Below, in pieces: positions 27,076 through 39,742 of a stretch of DNA of 64,000 nt (the first letter of the stretch is position 1; each line of letters starts with the position of its first letter). The DNA is from Botryllus schlosseri (lineage: Eukaryota): positions 17,672,001-17,736,000 of the forward strand of contig CM119371.1 in the NCBI GenBank assembly GCA_051294905.1, in the 5' to 3' direction. Both the position numbers and the translations under genes were made by a program. The notes below the pieces were generated by a model. The model had not been told where the DNA came from. It was given only the letters and a program-made list of their open reading frames with translations, and did no database searches.

Positions 27076-27354
27076 AGATATCGATATCTGCTCACGGAGA
27101 AGATTCAAAGCAAAAAGACTTGACGGGCCGCAAACAAGCCTTCCCTACTGGCTGCCCAATAGAGGGGCTGCCAGTGGAAGCTTATCGCCACCCAAAGTCT
27201 AAAAGAAAACCAAAGACCCGCGAAGAGGACATATGTCAAAACTCTATAGTAAGACTCTGATTTCTTTGACGACTAGTCTATAAGATACTCTAAATCATAC
27301 TCTAAAGCCTAGAACCTAAGTAATTAGAGGACAAGACCTCCTCTATCGCGGCGT

Positions 27355-27549
27355 ACATCCTGCGGACAAGAACTCCGCAGGACACACCCTTCACAACTGT
27401 CGGATTAAAAACCCGCACAAGATTCATACCTGCGGACTGAACACCCGCACACGCCATATACCTGCGGACTAAACCCCCGCACGGGACACATACCTGCGGA
27501 CTAAACACCCGCACGGGATACATACCTGCGGACTAAACACCCGCACGGA
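27355..27549 (+). repeat. ~32-bp tandem monomers immediately upstream of LINE ORF1
   Basis: About six copies of ACATACCTGCGGACTAAACACCCGCACGGGA, increasingly degenerate leftwards, ending at the ORF1 ATG (27551). Confidence 0.85.
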
Positions 27550-27550
27550 A

Positions 27551-28762
27551 ATGGCAACTTCAAACCTGTACACCCATCGTCCAAGGTCCCTGGACGTAAC
27601 AATTCCAGACGGATTGCTAATCACAGATGTCTACTCCGCTGTTTTAAATTTCGACCCCCTCAAAAACATAACGGACTATATTGAATCCATCTATCAAATC
27701 GGACTGAAAACTTACAACATTACAATATACGACATGGAAAGCACGCAAAACATAAAAAAAGAATTCCTCAATGTGACTCGAAACGGTATTAGAACACCGA
27801 ACGGAATAATCAGATTCGAAAACGCCCAGGAGCCGTACCAAGCAATCAATATCCGGGCTATCCCTACCGAAGCTACAGATCGAGAAATCGCAGAAATAGT
27901 AGAGAGAACCGGATGTGGAAAGGTCACAAAAATAATAAAGATAATGCATCGTGGAACAACAATCCATAATGGGTACAGACGAGTCCTAATTCAAAAATAC
28001 AAGCCTGGAAACCTTCCTCAATTCCTTAACATCAGAGGACTCTCATGCAAAGTATTCTTCCCCCCAGGAGAATACGAGCCAGAGTGTTTCCGCTGCTTAC
28101 AAAAAGGCCACACGGGACGAAACTGCACAAACCAGACAGTCTGCATTGAATGTAAGCAAACTGGACACCGTAGGGCCAACTGCCCCGACCTATTAACGGA
28201 ATTCCCCACACCCAACGAGGTGAAACAAAAAATAACGATCGAAAGAAACGAAGAAAACAAACAAGAAAACACACCCTTCATGGGAGAAAATGATGAAAAT
28301 ACAGAGGAACATGATGAAAGCAACGCCGAACAAACACAACAAGAAACAGAAAACAATGAAAACAACTTCCTACCAGAACTTACAGAAAGTTCTGCCGACG
28401 AAAAAAGCGCCGAAACAGATATGTTTGAGATATCTGAAGAAACCCCCCCTTCTCATCAGGAAAACCCTATTTTAGAGGGTTCAGCAGAGAACAAGACCCC
28501 CACAGAAGTGGATGAACCTGATCCATCTGACCCCACGGAACCCCCCACAATCCCCCCAAGAAACAGAAATAGAGGAAAAGGAGTATCTACTGTACCTATA
28601 GCGATGCCAGAACCCCTCCAAATCCAGATCTACAAGCATGTAGAATCATCTCCCACCCCTTTAGAACAAAAAACCCAAGATAGCACAAGACCAAAGAGAG
28701 CCTACCACAGCAGCCCCGAGGAAGGAATAAACGACAAAAACAAAAAAATACAAAAAAAGTAG
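27551..28762 (+). CDS. LINE ORF1 protein (Gag-like, two CCHC zinc knuckles), 403 aa
   Basis: CFRCLQKGHTGRNC and CIECKQTGHRRANC knuckles after an RRM-like region (NGYRRV), then an acidic/proline-rich tail. Confidence 0.92.
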   Translation: MATSNLYTHRPRSLDVTIPDGLLITDVYSAVLNFDPLKNITDYIESIYQIGLKTYNITIYDMESTQNIKKEFLNVTRNGIRTPNGIIRFENAQEPYQAINIRAIPTEATDREIAEIVERTGCGKVTKIIKIMHRGTTIHNGYRRVLIQKYKPGNLPQFLNIRGLSCKVFFPPGEYEPECFRCLQKGHTGRNCTNQTVCIECKQTGHRRANCPDLLTEFPTPNEVKQKITIERNEENKQENTPFMGENDENTEEHDESNAEQTQQETENNENNFLPELTESSADEKSAETDMFEISEETPPSHQENPILEGSAENKTPTEVDEPDPSDPTEPPTIPPRNRNRGKGVSTVPIAMPEPLQIQIYKHVESSPTPLEQKTQDSTRPKRAYHSSPEEGINDKNKKIQKK

Positions 28763-28833
28763 ATGAAAAAAAGTAGATGAAAAAAAACATGCTAAATAAA
28801 AGAAGAAAGCAACGCACTTCCCCCCTCTTTTAA

Positions 28834-31800
28834 ATGGAAGGCCAAGCCCCCACCCAAACTCCAGAAGAAACAAATCAACAAACGGGAGTTCTTGGGTGTA
28901 ACCTAATCTCCATAAATGTAAACGGTATACAGAGATGCTGGGATGAATTTAGACACTTCGTGACGAGCTCAAAAGCGGACGTATACTGCGTCCAAGAAGT
29001 CCACCGCCTACATGAAAGGAAACTTAGACTATGGGCTAATAATAATCGTCTCCTATACTACAAAAACTTCAACTCAGAACCACACCAGACCGGAGAAAAA
29101 CACTACTACAAGGGTACCACCATCCTCATTAAAAAAGAAAAAGTGAAAGACTATACCCTTGACCACCAAATCATTGTGCCGGACAGGGTCCAGACCCTAA
29201 GCCTCAGCGCCAACGACGAGGTCAGACTAACCATAGTAAATATATATGCGCCAACCAAAAACAAAGAACAAAAGACCTTCTACAAGGAAGTAACGCATAA
29301 CCTCCTCCAGTACCATGGAAACATGGTTATAGCCGGGGATTTTAATATGATTACGGCCAAAGAGGATAGCGAAAAATATCACGCCTTCAAACTATCTGCA
29401 GCAGCAAAAATCTGGAAGGAATACACAACACAGGGAAACATCATAGACCTTTACAGATGGCACTATCCATTTACAAGATTGTATACAAACTCAAACAATC
29501 ACAACTCAAGGAGAATAGACAGGGTCTATACTACTCAAGAAATAGCCCAATCGAGAACATCAGTCAACCATCATATAAATGAAATATCAGACCACAACTA
29601 CTACCTCAGAATCATCGTAAAGCCAAGAGACCCAGAGAAATGGGGCGGCGGCTGCTGGAAAAACAATACAACCCACTACACAAATAAACATTTCAAGAAA
29701 ACACTGGAAGCAAAATATGAAGAAGCCGCGCTAAGGAAAGTAGAATACCCCAACCACGCACAATGGTGGGATGATTTTAAAACAAAAATAAAAAAGACTG
29801 CCATCTCCTTCGGGATAGAGGAAAAACGAAAACAAAAAGAAAAAGAGAAAACACTCCAGCAACAACTAGCACAAAAGAACCTGCCCTCGAATGAGAGAAA
29901 AGACATCCTAAAAAACCTAAAGAAAATGGAAAAAGACAAATTACACCACCAAATGAAACTGCTATACAGGGAAGAACTAGAGGAGGACGAGAAGCCAAAC
30001 CGTGAATTCTTCGTCAAACTAAAAGCAAAGCAACAACGGAGATCAATCGCCCGAGTACAAAAACCATCCGGGACCATAACAGAAAATAAAGAAGAAATAA
30101 TACAAGAAGTCTACTCCTTCTACCAAGAACTTTGGCAAAAGAATGATAACACAAATGCCAAGATGCAAAAAAAACTAGTGGAACTCCTAGGAAAAAAACT
30201 AAGTAAAGAACAGCATGAGCAACAAGACCTGCCAATCCTAGAAGAGGAAATAAAATATGCAATCGAGCAACAAAATAAGACAAAGTCCCCCGGGCCGGAC
30301 GGCCTATCGTCAGAGTTCTACTCCACCTTCTACTACCTTATTAAGGATGAACTAGTTCAACTATACAACAACGCCCTACTCCTAAATAGCACGCCCAATA
30401 CCTGGACGGACTCAACAGTGAACCTGATATTCAAAAAGGGGGATCCCGAGATGCTGAAGAATTGGAGACCCATCTCCCTCACAAATGTCGACTATAAGAT
30501 CATGATGAAAATCGTATCGAATAGAATGAAAGAAAACCTTGACCATCTAATATCCCCCCAACAAAAGTGCGCTGTCCCATCGAGGCAAATGTCAGACCTA
30601 CTACGAAATATAAATTCGGTAATGGATTACCAGAAAGAAAAGAAACAGCCAATCATCATAGCAAACTTCGACCAAGAAAAAGCATTTGACCGTGTCCCCC
30701 ACCCCTACATATTCCAAGTATTGGAAAAATTCAATTTCGGAACCAAAACAATAAAACTGATAAAAAAGCTATACGGCAATGCCACAAGCTGCATCGGGAT
30801 AAACGGCTTCATCACAGACAAAATCCCCATCCAAAGAGGGCTGAGACAGGGATGTCCACTATCGATGTATCTCTACACCCTGACAGCGGAACCCCTAATG
30901 ATCAAGATTCTGGAGAATAAAAAAATAACAGGATGTAAAATTGGCAAACACAATATGAAGACACAGCAATACGCCGATGACCTTACCATCATCACGACAA
31001 AGCTGGAGTCGATCGAGAGAGCATACGAAGAATTTGAATACCTCGAAAAAGCCACAGGGCAAAAAATAAACAAAGAAAAAACCCAGATCCTGTGCATCGG
31101 GAACACTTTAGACCACATAAGAGAACAAAAATTCAAAGGAAACTTCGTTAAAAGTATCAAGATACTAGGACAGAAATTTGGACACGACCAGGTAAACGAA
31201 ACATGGGAGGGAGTCATCAAAAAAATCGAAGGAAAGCTAATGAGCGGCTCCCACCGCCGGCTCACGTGGATGGGGAAAAAGAACGTAATAAACTCTTTCG
31301 CGTCCTCAATTATAACCCTACATGCAAGGACCATACCTCCCACACCAGAACACACAGCACGCCTCATGAGGACGATATTCAGATATCTTTGGCATCCTGA
31401 AAAAATAGAGATAATCAGAAGAACAACGCTCTTACGAAAACTAGAAGAGGGCGGTATGAATATCCTACACCCCCAAAGCCAAGCCAAGGCATCTGAGCTG
31501 GAAAAAATATCAAAACTGTCGAGAATAGAACATCCAACGGAGTATTGGCACTTCTACGCCCTATACGAACTTGGGCCCGCGATCAGAAAATGGAACGACT
31601 CACTCTTTACTAATAGCATGCCACACCGGACACTACTATCAAACCAGTGGAAAAAGAATATAAGCATTGCTGGAAAGCTCAATTGGGATCAGGAGACTTG
31701 GCAAGCAGCGTCACTAAAGGACATATACAATGAAATCAAAAATATACATGTAAATACAGACCAACAAGGAAACAGTGAAATCAACTGGAAGTCACTCGCT

Positions 31801-33464
31801 ATGAAAAACAGATACACATTCGGCCTGTTCAAAAACAAAGAAAGAGTAACAACTTACCGTATCGCCTGCGACGGATACCTATTCGGCTGGAAAAGAAAAC
31901 AAAAAAATATACTAGGACACAAAACTGGAAAACCTGCTATAACATCATGCAGACAATGTGGATGCAAAAAAGAGACACTAGACCAGGGGTGGGCAAACTA
32001 CGGCCCGCGGGCCGCATGCGGCCCTCCACACCGTTTTGTGCGGCCCGCGAGAGTCTAAAGAAACTTTTCAAAAATATTGATAAATTGCGTACTAAAAATC
32101 GAATTAATGCAGAGACTTGATTAACTTTTTCTTAGTATATTTTACCATGATAATTCTAAAACAGTGGTTCTGAAACGGGTGAGCACGCGCCCCTTTGGGG
32201 CGTGAAAGCACCTGAAGGGGGGCGCGATACTGAACTCAAGAGAAAAAATTTTTCGCGCTAAGCGCAATTTACATCCAATTCGTAGTTATATTGCTCGGTA
32301 TTTAGTCTGAATTACATATTTTAAAATCTCTCATTCACAGTCGTAACCTTCCATCCCATCAAACTACCCGTTAGGTGTGCTAGCATCCTGGTTGCGTTTT
32401 GTGATATGACGATAAGGGGGCGCGAAATCTTTCATTTTCATAAGGGGGAGGGGTCGTGTCTTAGAAAGTTTGAGAACCACTGATCTAAGGTAAATACCTA
32501 ATATCATAGCGGAATAGCTGCAACGAGATTGGCATAATTTGGATCACGACTGAGATTTCAGATTGGTCACTCCCTTTTTAATTATTTCAGTGATGTGCCT
32601 ATAAAAACGATACGGGCGTGTCTTAAGTAGATTCGTTGTCTGTATGCGTAGAATTGAGGTATTTATATTTTATCTACACATAGTAGAAGCGTGTTTGAAG
32701 CTAACATGGTTATGATGCAGTCAGCATTGTGTATCCTGGAACTGCACCAAAAGTGGAATTTGTAAATCTATGAACAAATCTCTGCTCACAGATTTAAATT
32801 TCAATCCTGTTCTAAGAATCGGGTCAACCGACTTTCATCTCTGTAGTTTTGACAAATTGGTGATTAAGGTTCGCCAGCCTATGAAATCTCGCCAATATAG
32901 TACTTAATATATATATGTTTCTGGCGCGTGTACGATATCATCAAAGCAATGCTTGGTTTGTTTTAAATATGTACATATATTATCTCCATGTCCTCACTAT
33001 ATAAATCAAATATCAATATTGCGTTTTGGTTTATAATCCCAATTTTATATAGTGCGGCCCGCGAATGGATTCAGATGTTGAATGCGGCCCGCGAGCTCAA
33101 AAGTTTGCCCACCCCTGCACTAGACCATATCCTATATACATGCCCATCTGCTCGTAGGATACTTGATCGGCTAGAAGAAACCCTGAGACAAGCGACGGGA
33201 GTTAAGACATCCCTAAGCGGAACGCTCCTTGCAGGAAAGAACTGGGACAAAAACAACCTCGCCACGAAATTCCTCTTGACCTTATATAAAGAAAGAGTAA
33301 TACAAAATCGAATCATCCTGGAAGTGGAGAATGAAATGGAAAGCGACACAACCGAGTACGTAAACGCCACAACCAAACGCATCCTGAACACGGCAAGATC
33401 AAGACTCCGCCTAAGAGGACAACTTACAATGATTCTAGATAGACTCCGGATCATACTAGCGTAA
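28834..33464 (+). CDS. LINE ORF2 (APE endonuclease - RT - C-terminal CCHC finger), interrupted by MITE; reconstituted 28834-31983 + 33126-33464 = 1162 aa
   Basis: APE motifs (SINVNG, CVQEVH, NIYAP, AGDFN, RIDR, SDH) and RT motifs (KSPGPDG, WRPISL, DQEKAFD, GLRQGCPLS, YADD). The finger CRQCGCKKETLD|HILYTC rejoins in frame once the MITE and one TSD copy are removed. Confidence 0.93.
31984..33117. mobile_element. hAT-Charlie-type MITE inserted in LINE ORF2
   Basis: Perfect 16-bp TIRs CAGGGGTGGGCAAACT / AGTTTGCCCACCCCTG. 8-bp TSD CACTAGAC (31976-31983, 33118-33125). GGCCCGCG subterminal motifs. Confidence 0.95.
32162..32482. mobile_element. Older Charlie-type MITE nested within the 31984-33117 MITE
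   Basis: TIRs CAGTGGTTCTGAAAC / GTTTGAGAACCACTG; degenerate TSD TTCTAAAA / ATCTAAGG. Confidence 0.7.
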
Positions 33465-33999
33465 TGCTCACCATCCTCCCCCCCCCCGTGCATATATGTA
33501 TATGCCGGGCCCATGAAACCATAAAGAGACCATTATGTTTTATGTAAATATGGGTATGTGCACATGTATGTATGTATGCGTATATATGTCCAAATATGTG
33601 TATGTGTATATATCTGTATGTGTATGTTATGGGGAAGCAATGATGAAAACTGCCAGAACAGACTATAACCTGCTGAAACAGGTGTAATGCGAGCGAACCG
33701 AGAACCAAACTAGCCTGATCCCAAGAGGATAATGGCATGTCTAATGGCAACTACTGAGCTTCAAGTAAAAAAAAAAAAGACGTCATAATAGCCAATTTCG
33801 GAACACCAAACCCCCCCCCCCTTTTTCGCGCTCTGGATACGCGCCTGGATTCAACCCGTCTTCAAACCGATGGTTTCAACTAAAGAACAAACCCACAGCG
33901 GTTTCCGATCCGAGCCTCGTATCATTGAATGGCTCAGTATATTGTGTCAGAGGTAAAGGACCAGATTGCGTCAGTAGTATATAGGATCGGTCGTGATGC

Positions 34000-34330
34000 G
34001 CCATGGGGTTCTTATGGGCCCCGCTGGTGACTCGTATTGAAAACTCGTGTTGGTGACTCGTACTTTTAGACCCCCCTCCCGCTCGTGACTCGTAATGGGT
34101 TCTTATGGGCGCGGCGGTGACTCGTACTTTCGGGTATAGGCTGCGGCGATGACTCGTATTGAAAACTCGTGTTGGTGACTCGTATTTTCAGGTATAGGCG
34201 GTGTTGGTGAGTCGTATTTCATGTATTCTTACAGGGTCTCTGCTGATTCACCATGTGTTCTTAAGGGTGCGGTCGCATGCGGCTATTGCGTCTTATGGGT
34301 GCGGTCGTGATTCGTACTTTCAGGCATCTC
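34000..34330 (+). repeat. Subterminal array of TGACTCGTA and TTCTTATGGG motifs (mirrored at ~48140-48470)
   Basis: About eight TGACTCGTA-like and four TCTTATGGG-like motifs; the block TGACTCGTATTGAAAACTCGTGTTGGTGACTCGTA occurs twice. Confidence 0.85.
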
Positions 34331-37300
34331 TCGCGCGGTGTTGAATAGTCACCAACAATAACCGCGCAAACGGAAACGTGGCTTGCAAGAGGATTTACGC
34401 AGTGCGTGCGACAGACGGCGATTCGAATATCAACAATAACTGCGTTCGCAAACTAACACTTCAAAAAGATGTGAAATATTTGTAAAATCCTACGATCGCT
34501 CACAAGATACCACTTCCGGCATATCGATCTATCACTCAATACACAACCGAAGTTGAATTATAATTGAATGCGTAAATTTATCACCTCGGCATCAAAATTC
34601 GAAAACAACAACTTGATGCTTTATGTTCTCACTCTAATTTCATGATAAGTGTAATAAGTGTCGAATAACAGATACACCACCGGCGAGACTTGGATACCAA
34701 CAAATTGTCACTTATTTCTATTCCAACCGTAATCCTTTGTGAAGTTAACGCTTATTCAAAAAGGTGTGAAATATTTGCAAAACCCCGCGATCACTGACAA
34801 GATAATATCTCGGACATAACCATCTTTCACGACTTGGTGTCATAACCATACCGATCGCTCACGCGGTGAAATTTTAGTAATCAGTTTGTCACAGAACTTG
34901 ATTTCGCTGGTAAGATTTAACAAGTAACGAATAACAGACCGCGGTAACTTGAATAGCGACAAATTGTCACTTATTTCCGCTCTAACCCTAATCCTCTGTG
35001 AAGTGAACGCTTATTCAAAAGGGTGTGATATAATTTTAAAATCCAACAACCACTCACCGGATAATGCTTCAGACATAACAATCCCTCATGTCCGCTCACA
35101 AGGTAATATTTCGGTAATTAGTTTGTCCCAGAACCGTCGCAGACAGTGATTCGAAAACCAACAATTTGTCACTTGCCCGCGATCGCTATATGTTTCACAC
35201 CTCTCGAATAGTCGCTGACTTTAGTTGCGTGATAAGATCCATGAAAATATTCAATCAATGTGTTAGTTTGTCAATTCGAAATGAAACTTACTACACAAAC
35301 CAAGTTGATTCGTATCTGAATGTGTTAATTCGGTACAACTCTAAATATTTTGAGAAATCTTTTCGTGATCTTTTGATTCGACCATTACTGACACCGACTT
35401 TCAGCCACATCGAATTATTTGCACATTCCACGCCGCTGTTTTCACACTTATAGAATCAATACCAACTATAATTCTACAAGAATCAAGAATCACAAGTATG
35501 TGCATTATACAGTTATTGTCTTTATCAACACGAAATCAAACTCTTAACAAAAACACACATCTTATCACTCGTCAACTCTATCATGAAAATCATCGAGTCC
35601 TTATCATCAAAAATGTTATAGTGCGGCGTCGGAATCCATTCGCGGGGTGTACTAAAGTTAAATCCAGATAATCCAAAACGAAATATTTGGACTTTACCAT
35701 AGTGTGAATTGAAATAGGATTGACAAACATGACTGCCAACTTTGATCCAGCCACATTTCAAGATTATACTTTGAAACTAGTAATGTAACATTACAACTCT
35801 ATTCATGACCCCGCTTTCCGTTTGTCAAAGAGATATTTTAACATCTTACCATACTCAAAAGAATTATTCACAACATTAACAATTGTTAAAAATCTAGCTT
35901 CACTTACTTGATTATATCACTACAACTCACAAATTTGAATTAATTCATCCTGGATGTATTCGTATGATCGGTCTTTTTTTTATTCGATTGTAAAGGTTGT
36001 TACTATTCTGAAGACAAAGTATTTACTAATCGGTGCATATACGATTTGACTTGGACATATTATATTTTGAGTATACGAGATTTGAATGTCTGAACAATAA
36101 CTGAGAATTAATTTATCACAATTAAATCCGTATATTACAGCGTAAAAGATATTGGGGTGTCAGCAACTCTGTACGGTCGTAGTTACAACCATATTAACTA
36201 ATCTACCCAGGCAACTCGTCATGATCATTCCTGAAATCAACACAAACACGACTACTGACTTGAGTTAACCGCGAAACAGCATCAAGTTTTAAATCCGCTT
36301 GCAGCTGACGGATTATTCGAATGCATCGATGGAGAATATTATTGAACTCGTCGGTATTGTCACTTCAACAAATTACACCGACTGCGAAAGTTAATATCGA
36401 ATGGTAAGACTTGATCACATATTTGTTGATCACAGACATGACAAAAAAAAACATTACCGAGATTTTATAAACTAGTCATATTACTCTACACATCTATCAA
36501 TATCAAAATGCGAGTCATCCAATTTTTCTACTAAAGTAACATTGAGATTTCGGATTCGGATTCGGTATAGTCATACAAATAGTATTAAATCCAGCATCAA
36601 AACAAAAGGAATTTTTTTTTTTAGTTTATTGAAATCAAATCATTCGTCTTCGACTTGTGCTTTTCTAGATTACCCGCGACAATTCGTTTCGAGCGAGTTG
36701 TAACCAAAGTCAAGATATCTTTGTGTCCACAGATATGGAAGATGAATATAGCTAACACAATCACGAATCGACGTTTCAGAGTATTTCACGGGTGTAATAA
36801 ACTTGTTAGTGTCGCCTATCTAAAAGTACCCACGCGTTCGATTTCCATACCGACTGTTGCGATGTTTAGGATTCACTTACAATAACCACGGGTGAGGATT
36901 TAACATCAATGTCGTTACTGTCGGAATTTGCGACAGAGAATTGAAACATATGCACTTTACAGAGTGTGAAAATATCACTTTGAGTATCGAGTACCGTTCG
37001 AAGCTAGCGATCAATTCTTAATCATTTCAGTAACTCCCCATTGTGCATGCTAAATGTAAAATATCGCGAGGTTATACACTCTAAGACTTTGATTATTGTA
37101 AAAGTAAATTGTGATATGTTTGTTAGATGCATCCAATTCAATTAGAAGTGTCTAGTACCCAACACTCGTAATATCAAAAAAGTACTTGCTACACTGTAAT
37201 TCACTTAACGTGTTTTACATTGTTGTTCATTTGTAGTATTGATTGTTTTTGAACCTCCAAATAATAATTCCCGACATGAAACCAAACCACTGAAAGTCGT

Positions 37301-39489
37301 TACCATCACAACGAAACAATTTGTACGATGTTTACCAAATGTATCCCATAGTTAGGTGTACTAGAATCACTGGTCCAACACATACACCGACAATGCAATC
37401 GAAATTTTCCCCATTGTCATTCGTCAAAGTAAAGGTCGTCACAATACTCAACCCATAAAAGATCTTACTTGTATGTGATTGAATCGCAGGTAATTAACCC
37501 ACTAAATCAAACCATAAGGAAATTTCACTCACTCATCGGATATGAAACAGCGTCACTTAATCGGCGTGGATCGTTTTACTAAATGCAAATCATACCTGAC
37601 CAACAGAAAACAATTTTCACTCACCTTGTAATGAAACCAAGTGGTGGGCCTTCGTTCAATATTTTGTCTGTGTCAAATACTTTGTAATATACACAATGGA
37701 GTGGTTGAGCTTTACATCATCAAGCTGTCATTAATAAATCAAGATTTCGGTAAACTTGTAAATGTATCGTTTAACTAACCGAGTTGTATGCACAGTTTGA
37801 TATTTTTGTCATTTAGTGATTGCTGAACATACCACTTCGAAATACTGCGTTGATCTCAATTCCCTTTGTCCTGATAATCGAAGTACTTTTGTTTTGAATT
37901 CATAACAATCGGCTTTTCTATGACATGATAAATTAGAAGATTTAGAAGATTGGTTGCATATCACTAAAAATAAGATACCACACATATTATTACTGTTACT
38001 CCATTCATCGGTATTTTTTCCGTTGTCGATTTTCAAACGAGTAAAATTTATTACTTGAGTTGCTCTGCTTACTATATTTAAATGTAAACTCACCCGTCTT
38101 TCAACAACAAACAATGTTAAAAAAGTATGCAATCAAACACAACAAGTTTTACGATACTAATTATTATCCCACATAACCCATTTCTTACCGAAGACATATG
38201 AAATATATTCATGTTACACGAAAATATTCGCTCATGCTACAAACCTGTACAATGATTGGTGGTGCTTTCAAACTGTTTCGATACCTCAAGAACTTTATTG
38301 TCTGAATGGTTGTTCATGTATCGTAATAATCAAGTAGTTCAACACAGAACTAGTATTAACAGAAACACCAGAGTTGTTTACACAAAAGTTTGTATGTGTA
38401 CAGTATGCGAATACCATGTGCAAGTCCAGCACAGTTGTGGTATCCATACGAGTTTAGTTAACACAATTTACGACACCGAGGTCGCCTCATCTTTCGTAAG
38501 ACAACAAACCAAGGCTTCAGGATATGTCCATGTCATAACAATAAATCAGCTACTCCAACAACAGAGTACATATGTTTTCTAGTTACGGTGCTTACATCTT
38601 ACACACAAATCGGCCTACTTTGCTAACGAAAAGCGCTGAGTCATCACATGGTTATCCTCACAACAATACAACTAAAACATACTATCATACAAATTGGTCG
38701 TTATAGTTTACCCACCAACGATACATCGTACAAGTAGCAAGTCTCGAGAATCCAGTTATTCAAAAAACGTGAAAGTGTTTCTACACCAAGTCGGTATGTT
38801 GACGAAAGCATATATTGTAATATCATGATCGATTTACATTCGTTGGTCACAAACCGCCACTAGTCTAAATAATTATTTTTCACTCAAACACAAACGCATA
38901 CTTGTCACCAATCGTTTTCATCAAGCACGAGTTCAAGAAACCTGCTACGACATGAATTCTGATTTAGTTTTACAAATATTTTATAATTGTTTTTTATTAA
39001 CACTATATCAATGTCATCAAGTTGAGTGTTTACGATATTAGTGTGTAGGTGTGTGTGTCATACTTGGAGGATCCGTATTACAATTGACTCGAATTGACTA
39101 AATGTAAGAAGGGTTGAAATGTTTCGAATCGATTCATAAGTGGTCTTCGTTGTGGTTTTCGTCGGACATACAGCACGAACTAACTGTAGACTCCTCTCTG
39201 TTGTGCAGCTACTCGGTAATCGAAATGCATTAACATGTAAACAACGATCTTGTTTCGTCACACCAAAAATATGTTCACTATCGCGATACTCTGCACAAGA
39301 CGTGCATAGCCTTTTCACACTCGTAATAGTATACCAACGTCAAGCGATATCGTTTAACAAGACCAACGACACTGAACCCACGACGTTTACCTATGTAAAA
39401 TTACCACTTTCACTTGTCAGTCCATCGTTTACCTGACTAAACATATTATTTTCCTTTGGAGATCTGACGTTTACCCAGAGTAAGAAACC

Positions 39490-39742
39490 ATTTTCACTTG
39501 TAAATATATTTTTTCCTTGGCTAACTAACCTTTTTTCACTTGTAAATATATTTTTTCCTTGGCTAACAAACCTTTTTTCACTTGGAAATATATTTTTTCT
39601 CTGGGTAACAAACCTTTTTCACTTGGAAATATATTTTTTCTCCGGTTAACAAACCTTTTTCACTTGGAAATATATTTTTTCTCTGGCTAACAAACCTTTT
39701 TTCACTTGGAAATATATTTTTTCTCTGGTTAACAAACCTTTT
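39490..39742 (+). repeat. 41-42 bp minisatellite, 6 units (left arm)
   Basis: Unit TTTTCACTTGGAAATATATTTTTTCTCTGGCTAACAAACCT with degenerate flanking copies out to ~39990. Confidence 0.92.

Larger units (their letters stand above)
26850..33778 (+). mobile_element. L1/Tx1-clade non-LTR retrotransposon, apparently full length (5' end approximate)
   Basis: GC-rich repetitive 5' UTR, ORF1, ORF2, 3' UTR with (TATG)n-like tract, and A12 tail at 33767-33778. A-rich sense strand. I could not find a TSD. Confidence 0.88.
25524..33847. mobile_element. Non-autonomous hAT-type element carrying a LINE
   Basis: TIRs CAGTTGCGTATCCAG / CTGGATACGCGCCTG (13 of 15) with G/C-run subterminal tracts. Perfect 8-bp TSD GATTCAAC (25516-25523, 33848-33855) within the Kelch coding sequence. 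Confidence 0.9.
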
